Source: Eledone cirrhosa (Eukaryota). From it: DNA of 64,000 nt. The DNA is taken from the NCBI GenBank assembly GCA_964016885.1, contig OZ024747.1, forward strand, positions 82,956,001 through 83,020,000. Reading direction: 5' to 3'. The position numbers were made by a program, and so were the translations under genes. Below the pieces are notes generated by a model. It did not search any database. It worked only from the letters and a program-made list of their open reading frames with translations, and was not told the DNA's origin. This document shows positions 58,074 through 64,000 of this stretch, in pieces (within the stretch, counting starts at the first letter, position 1; every line of letters starts with the position of its first letter).

Positions 58074-59130
58074 TAACAGATTAAAGTTTAAGCAAAGAAT
58101 CGCTGCTTTAAACCTTAACGGGATCTTCTGAAACTAACAGAGTCAATCTGTAAACGCAGAAGTGGATATTTCAAAAAACGTTGCAACCGGAGGAAGGCAG
58201 GAAGACGATACTTTGGTTCGTGGAAACGTTCCCTGGCAAAGAACGGGAATAAACGAATATAATACGTCATTAATAGGAGCGGTGAAAAACAATTACGCGC
58301 AAAGACAGAACCACGTTTATGGTATAAAAGAGGTCGTAGACTAATGTTCTCTTAGATGGTTCATAGAGACGTTCTCTGGCAATGAACGAAAAAAACGAAG
58401 ATAAAACGTCATATGTGGAGCGTGGAGAACAATTGCACGCAAAGACAAAACCACGAAAATGGTATAGCTGAAGTCGTAGACTAAAATTCTAACTAGGAGA
58501 CCGAATGAATCTCCGCTTCAGAGTTAAGAACAAAGTAAATAAATACAATACAGAGGTAATAGAAATTAAATAAATACATACACGCATACAAATACGTACA
58601 TACACAAGCATACCCGAAAACACTTACCATAGGTATACAAAACCACACACATATAAATATGTGTGTGTGTGTATGCGTGTATACAAATAAATAAATAATT
58701 AAATAAACGTATATAAATAAATAAATACGTATATAACAAGCGCACACACATACCTACATGTAAATACACAAATGTTCGGAGACGTAAGTCAACCAAAACA
58801 TGAAGTACACATATACACACACCCTACATACGTACGAACCTGCATACTCACACAGACGCAAAACTCCCGTATACACATAACCAAACCATATGTCTTTGCG
58901 CGTAATTGTTTTTCACCGCTCCTATTAATGACGTATTATATTCGTTTTTTCCCGTTCTTTGCCAGGAAACGTTTCCACGAACCAAAGTATCGTCTTCCTG
59001 TCTTCCTCCGGTTGCAACGTTTTTTGAAATATCCACTTCTGCGTTTACAGATTGACTTTGTTAGTTTCAGAAGATCCCGTTAAGGGTGAAAGCAGCGATT
59101 CTTTGCTTAAACTTTAATCTGTTATTTTAA
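58068..59130 (-). mobile_element. Non-coding PLE derivative: 3' UTR copy (58068-58893) plus inverted 240-bp tail (58891-59130)
   Basis: 58068-58893 is a direct repeat of 59330-60140. 58891-59130 is the reverse complement of 58068-58307. (TA)n lies on both sides. Confidence 0.9.
59063..59113 (+). ncRNA. Hammerhead-like fold with variant core CAGAAGA in the PLE terminal repeat
   Basis: AGTTT CAGAAGA T-CCC-gttaa-GGG-T GAAA GCA-gcgattctt-TGC TT AAACT. Stems I, II and III all pair in type I topology. Confidence 0.5.
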
Positions 59131-59146
59131 TATATATATTATATAT

Positions 59147-59226
<80 letters not shown>

Positions 59227-59252
59227 TAAAATAACAGATTAAAGTTATTTTA

Positions 59253-59329
<77 letters not shown>

Positions 59330-59335
<6 letters not shown>

Positions 59336-62300
59336 TAACAGATTAAAGTTTAAGCAAAGAATCGCTGCTTTAAACCTTAACGGGATCTTCTGAAACTAAC
59401 AAAGTCAATCTGTAAACGCAGAAGTGGATATTTCAAAAAACGTTGCAACCGGAGGAAGACAGGAAGACGATACTTTTGTTCGTGGAAACGTTCCCTGGCA
59501 AAGAACGGTAAAAAACGAATATAATACGTCATTAATAGGAGCGGTGAAAAACAATTACGCGCAAAGACAGAACCACATTTATGGTATAAAAGAAGTCGTA
59601 GACTAATGTTCTCTTAGATGGTTCATAGAGACGTTCTCTGGCAATGAACGGAAAAAACGAAGATAATACGTCATATGTGGAGCGTGGAGAACAATTGCAC
59701 GCAAAGACAAAACCACGAAAATGGTATAACTGAAGTCGTAAACTAAAATTCTAATTAGGAAACCGAATGAATCTCCGCTTCAGAGTTAAGAATAAAGTAA
59801 ATAAAATACAATACAGAGGTAATAGAAATTAAATAAATACATACACGCATGCGAATACGTACATACACAAGCACACGCGAAAACACTTGCCATAGGTATA
59901 CAAAACCACGCACATATAAATATGTGTGTGTGTGTGTGCGTGTATACAAATAAATAAATAATTAAATAAACGTATATAAATAAATAAATACGTATATAAC
60001 AAGCGCACACACATACCTACATGTAAATACACAAATGTTCGGAGACGTGAAGTACACATATACACACACCCTACATACGTACGAACCTGCATACTCACAC
60101 AGACGCAAAACTCCCGTATACACATAACCAAACCATATGTACCAGAATATATAAAAAATTATACGCCATAACATATACAATCAAATATACGTACGAGAAA
60201 GTATACGTACCTTCACAAAACATACAGGTAATATATACCTATGCAAATAAGTAATGGTATAAACAAAACATATACTTAGCTACCACATCAAGACGTAAAA
60301 TATCCACGTATAGATCGTACTATCCGTTAGGGTATAACGTGGGGCTGTAATACAGGAAAGTTTTGTGCAATTTATGTTTACAAGCCGAAATTGCCTCAGA
60401 TTTTTTGTTTAAGATGTGGTCTGTGGCGTAGAGTATTTCCAGGGCCTCAGCGGCGCTGAGGTCACATGGTCTTTTATTTCCGTTATACGATCTAGCCCTA
60501 GCTAGGATCTCCCAGTGTAACTTATATTGGGTGTGGTTGTCTTTTAGACTCCAGATATAAGTTGAAAGTGACGTCATATTCCTTCTTAGAGGGTAACGAA
60601 AAGAATGGGTATGCATGTAAAGACGCTGCTTGAATCTATTGGCGGTTAACCCTATGTAGGCCCTACGGGACGTGGGTGTTTCAACCTTACATTTGTAGAC
60701 AATGTTATTAGAGAGGCATTTCCCGGATAGGGGGCAATCAACCCGATTCCTACAATTACAGTTAGTACTAACTACAGGGTTGCACGTGATGTTATGTGCA
60801 AGGTTAGGAGTCGTAGAATAAGAAAATTTTACTATATTTATGTGTAGGGGGAAAATGCTTCGTAATAAGGGAAAGAAAGATCTTAGCTAATGGTGTGGCC
60901 ACCTCCATATTATATGGTGGGTTATACCAACAAATGCGACGGGATCTATTTCTTCTAGGTCTATTTTCGTACTCTGTATATGCTACCTTATCGACAAATC
61001 CACTCCGAGCAAGAGCTTCATTGTAATAAGTGGAATGGTCGTTGAAAATATGCTCGTTAGTAGACGGGAAAGCCTCAACGAAACGTTTCTTACCAGGTTC
61101 TTGGTTATGCTGGCAGGATGGTTGGAATGCTTACTTATGTAATTAAGCGTATCATTCGGCTTTCTATACGGGTAATACAACCCATTCGATAAATTGAGGG
61201 TAACGTCGAGGTAATTAACGACCGAGAGATTGGCCTCAACCTGTATAGAGAGGCTGAAGCCTTTAAAGAAGGCTGTGAGTTCTTTTCTGAACCTGTCGCA
61301 AGCACGAGGTCCGCACTTAGTCATGGTCAAAAGACCATCATCACGGTACAAACCACCGCCCGCGTTGGGGAATTCGTCCTTGATAGAGAAAAGAAGGAAA
61401 AGGCCGATAAGATCAGTAACCTCCGCAGAATCGCTGGCGCCCATACTCACGTCGAATGGGGTACTATTGGATTTTTTAATCCAAATAGAGTCGTCGAAAT
61501 TAATCACCGACTTACGGGCATTGAGGATGACATCAACTTCGAAATCCTTAACCACTGTGAGTGTTTTAGCGAAATTGATAGCTCTAAGGAGAAGTGGTAA
61601 AGTGATGGCGGAGTAGTAATTGTTGATGTCGAATTGGATAAAATGGCAATGTTCCTTGCTGCATATGCCATTGAACCAATCAATCACCGCGAAAGAATTG
61701 TTCCACAGTGCAAGAGGGGCCAAACTTCTAATTTCTGGTATAATTCTATCAAGAATCCTTTTACTAAGTCTACCTAAATCGGACTTCGTAGGGTTAATAA
61801 GCCGAATAGAGGGGCTGTTCGGAAAATTGGATTTGTGATCCTTCAGAGTAAAGTGGGGAGAAATAGGGTCCAGAGGTTCGGTCCGGTCCAGGATGTTGAG
61901 ATCAGAGGTAATTTTAAACCCAGCATCGTTGATTTCATTGATGACGCACCGATTAGTTTTACGGTAATCCTTAGTTACAGCATTATGTAGTAGCTGATGG
62001 TAAGTACTGCGCTCCACTTGATACAGATTGCCAGTTTTGTCGGAATGGACGTGCACGGCATTAGAATCCTTAATAGAACGAATTCTATTCTTCAGGTCCT
62101 GCTGGAAGGAATTGCTCCTATTCCGAAATTTTATACTCCGTATGAGTTCCAAGACATCATTTTCGAAGGGTAGCAATGCTGGGTTACACGGGGAGTTATT
62201 ATAGGTTTTAAACCCAAATTTATCCTGTTTGTTGTCTGCTTTTTGCGGATTATCGAAATAAAAGGCACGCCAACGCAACCTTTTAATGAACGCGTCTGTT

Positions 62301-62354
62301 TTCTGTATCAGGAGTTTTAGGTATGTTTTCCTGGTCTGTTATTTTAATAAATAT
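59330..62354 (-). mobile_element. Penelope-like retroelement with C-terminal GIY-YIG endonuclease (Hydra-clade-like), 5'-truncated
   Basis: Coding region 62334->60320, ~990-bp 3' UTR ending AATCTGTTATTTTAA(TA)n, and a short inverted copy of the terminus at 62335-62354. Confidence 0.9.
60320..62334 (-). pseudogene. PLE RT-GIY-YIG polyprotein with two frameshifts (~61060 and ~60830)
   Basis: FIKRLRWRA, SDKTGNLY, TLKDHK..F...P..RLINP, FIQFDI..YY, MGASDSAE, GLYRDDGL, YLDVTL, SNHP. After the shifts: ICWYNPPYN, KFSYSTTPNL, CNCRNRVDCPLSGKC, NIVYKC...AYIGLT, LNKKSEAISACKH. Confidence 0.9.
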
Positions 62355-62437
62355 TTGCTCTACGGTCCTTATATATTCGATATATATTTATCCTTATCGA
62401 GCCCTCTTTGGATTTTAGTCTTCAAATTTATTATTAT

Positions 62438-62480
<43 letters not shown>

Positions 62481-62483
<3 letters not shown>

Positions 62484-62826
62484 TGGCTGCCAACTCGTTT
62501 TCGAGTACGGCCACTACTTTATATCCATGTAGGAGAACCCTTACCGATGCACTGAACGAGTGTGACTTTTTAGTCCAGCCAACGACTGTTGCAGGTTGTT
62601 ATATCAGAGTTTTCCTTCTCCTAGAATTCTGCCTTGACAAAGGCTAAGGGGTTATCTCTCCCGGTGATTTTGGATGGCCATTGACTCTTAAGAGCTCCTT
62701 TGCCCTTTGACAGGTTTTGTTTTTAGTCCTGCAGGATGTCCAAAGTCACCCTCCTCACCAAGAAACCTTGGTGGGGTTGCCAGTTTAGTCGCCAACGACC
62801 CGACCATGAGACAGGTTGTACTGGGA
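62481..62826 (-). mobile_element. Probable RTE-clade LINE 5' UTR fragment between (TA)n and (CATA)n
   Basis: GC-richer insert containing TAGGAGAAGGAAAACTCTGA, a motif I recall from RTE 5' UTRs. No ORF. Confidence 0.4.
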
Positions 62827-62990
62827 TACATACATACATACATACATACATACATACATACATACATACATACATACATACATACATACATACATACATA
62901 CATACATACATACATACATGTGTGTGTGCGTATGAGTGTTCGTGTATACATATACATATACACTCACACGCACACACACATGTATGTATG

Positions 62991-63028
<38 letters not shown>

Positions 63029-63542
63029 TGTTCGTGTATACATATGTATAAAGAAAGGGGGGAGAGAGGACGCTGATAGAATGAAAGGAAAGAGAAGGAT
63101 TTAAATTGAGAAATGGAGAGAATTGACAAAGAATCAACGAGAAAGAAAAGAAAATAAAATATATTCAAAGTTATTTCCATTTCGAAGTTCAGAAATGTTA
63201 TAACTGTATAAAGAATGTATTGAAGTTTAAGTAAAAGAATAGGAAATTCTACTGGGAAGCAAGGTAAAGGTGAGATCAGAAGAGAAACGAAGCGTACTAG
63301 CAGCGGGCAATCAGTTCGTCACTAAGAAGAGAGAGAGTAAGCGACAAGCTCTGAACTGAATAGATATATTATTAGTAATACATGCTTAACTGCATCCATC
63401 TAGCATTGGATCCACGAGAAAAAGGAATTTCTCTACAGCTTTGATTCGCTGAACAAATGCTTCGTATTTTGCGCTTGGCTGAAACATGGTTTAAAATTCT
63501 GAGATTAAAGGCTGCTTGTTTTGTTCAGTCACACATTTTTCT

Positions 63543-63598
<56 letters not shown>

Positions 63599-63606
63599 CT
63601 CTCTCT

Positions 63607-63684
<78 letters not shown>

Positions 63685-63720
63685 TATATATACATATAGA
63701 TAGATAGATATATAGATATG

Positions 63721-63777
<57 letters not shown>

Positions 63778-64000
63778 GTATATATATATATATACGCACG
63801 CAACTTCTGAAATGCTAAAATGCTACTTTATTTTATATCATATTTTGTTATTGTTCAATTCATTATTCATGGATCTTTGAACGTGAGACGTGGAAAAGTA
63901 CAGAATTTAAACAACACAAAAATAGTCGGCAGCGCAACCAGTCACAGCCATCCTATCATTTAGCATACCAACGACTATATTGATCACTCTGTTAATTTCT

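Noticed and set aside
58162-59606. Repeated 60-aa ORF MDISKNVATGG... (three copies)
   Set aside because: Antisense to the PLE 3' UTR with a GTG start. It recurs only because the DNA is repeated.

Overview
AT-rich eukaryotic (animal) genomic DNA saturated with microsatellites ((TA)n, (CA)n, (GA)n, (GATA)n, (GTT/GGT/GAT)n). The repeat and SINE content resembles a cephalopod (octopus-like) genome, which is an inference only. No host protein-coding gene can be called with confidence, and nearly all ORFs in the supplied track are low-complexity artefacts. The real content is: (1) a 5'-truncated, twice-frameshifted Penelope-like element (PLE) with RT, CxCx5C linker and C-terminal GIY-YIG endonuclease (Hydra-clade-like) at 59.3-62.4 kb. 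It has derivative copies with the same inverted-tail architecture at 1 kb and 40 bp scale and a hammerhead-like fold with a non-canonical CAGAAGA core. (2) Further PLE remnants and two solitary hammerhead motifs. (3) A nest of five same-orientation Tx1/L1-clade LINE 3' ends inside (GATA)n. (4) RTE and CR1-group LINE fragments. (5) Many tRNA-derived SINEs with shuffled modules. (6) Non-autonomous DNA elements and palindromes. (7) Four tandem arrays (47, 30, 43/44 and 48/50 bp units), one of which derives from a SINE Pol III A-box. There is one 200-N assembly gap. All motifs and alignments were read by eye, so coordinates of degenerate elements are approximate.
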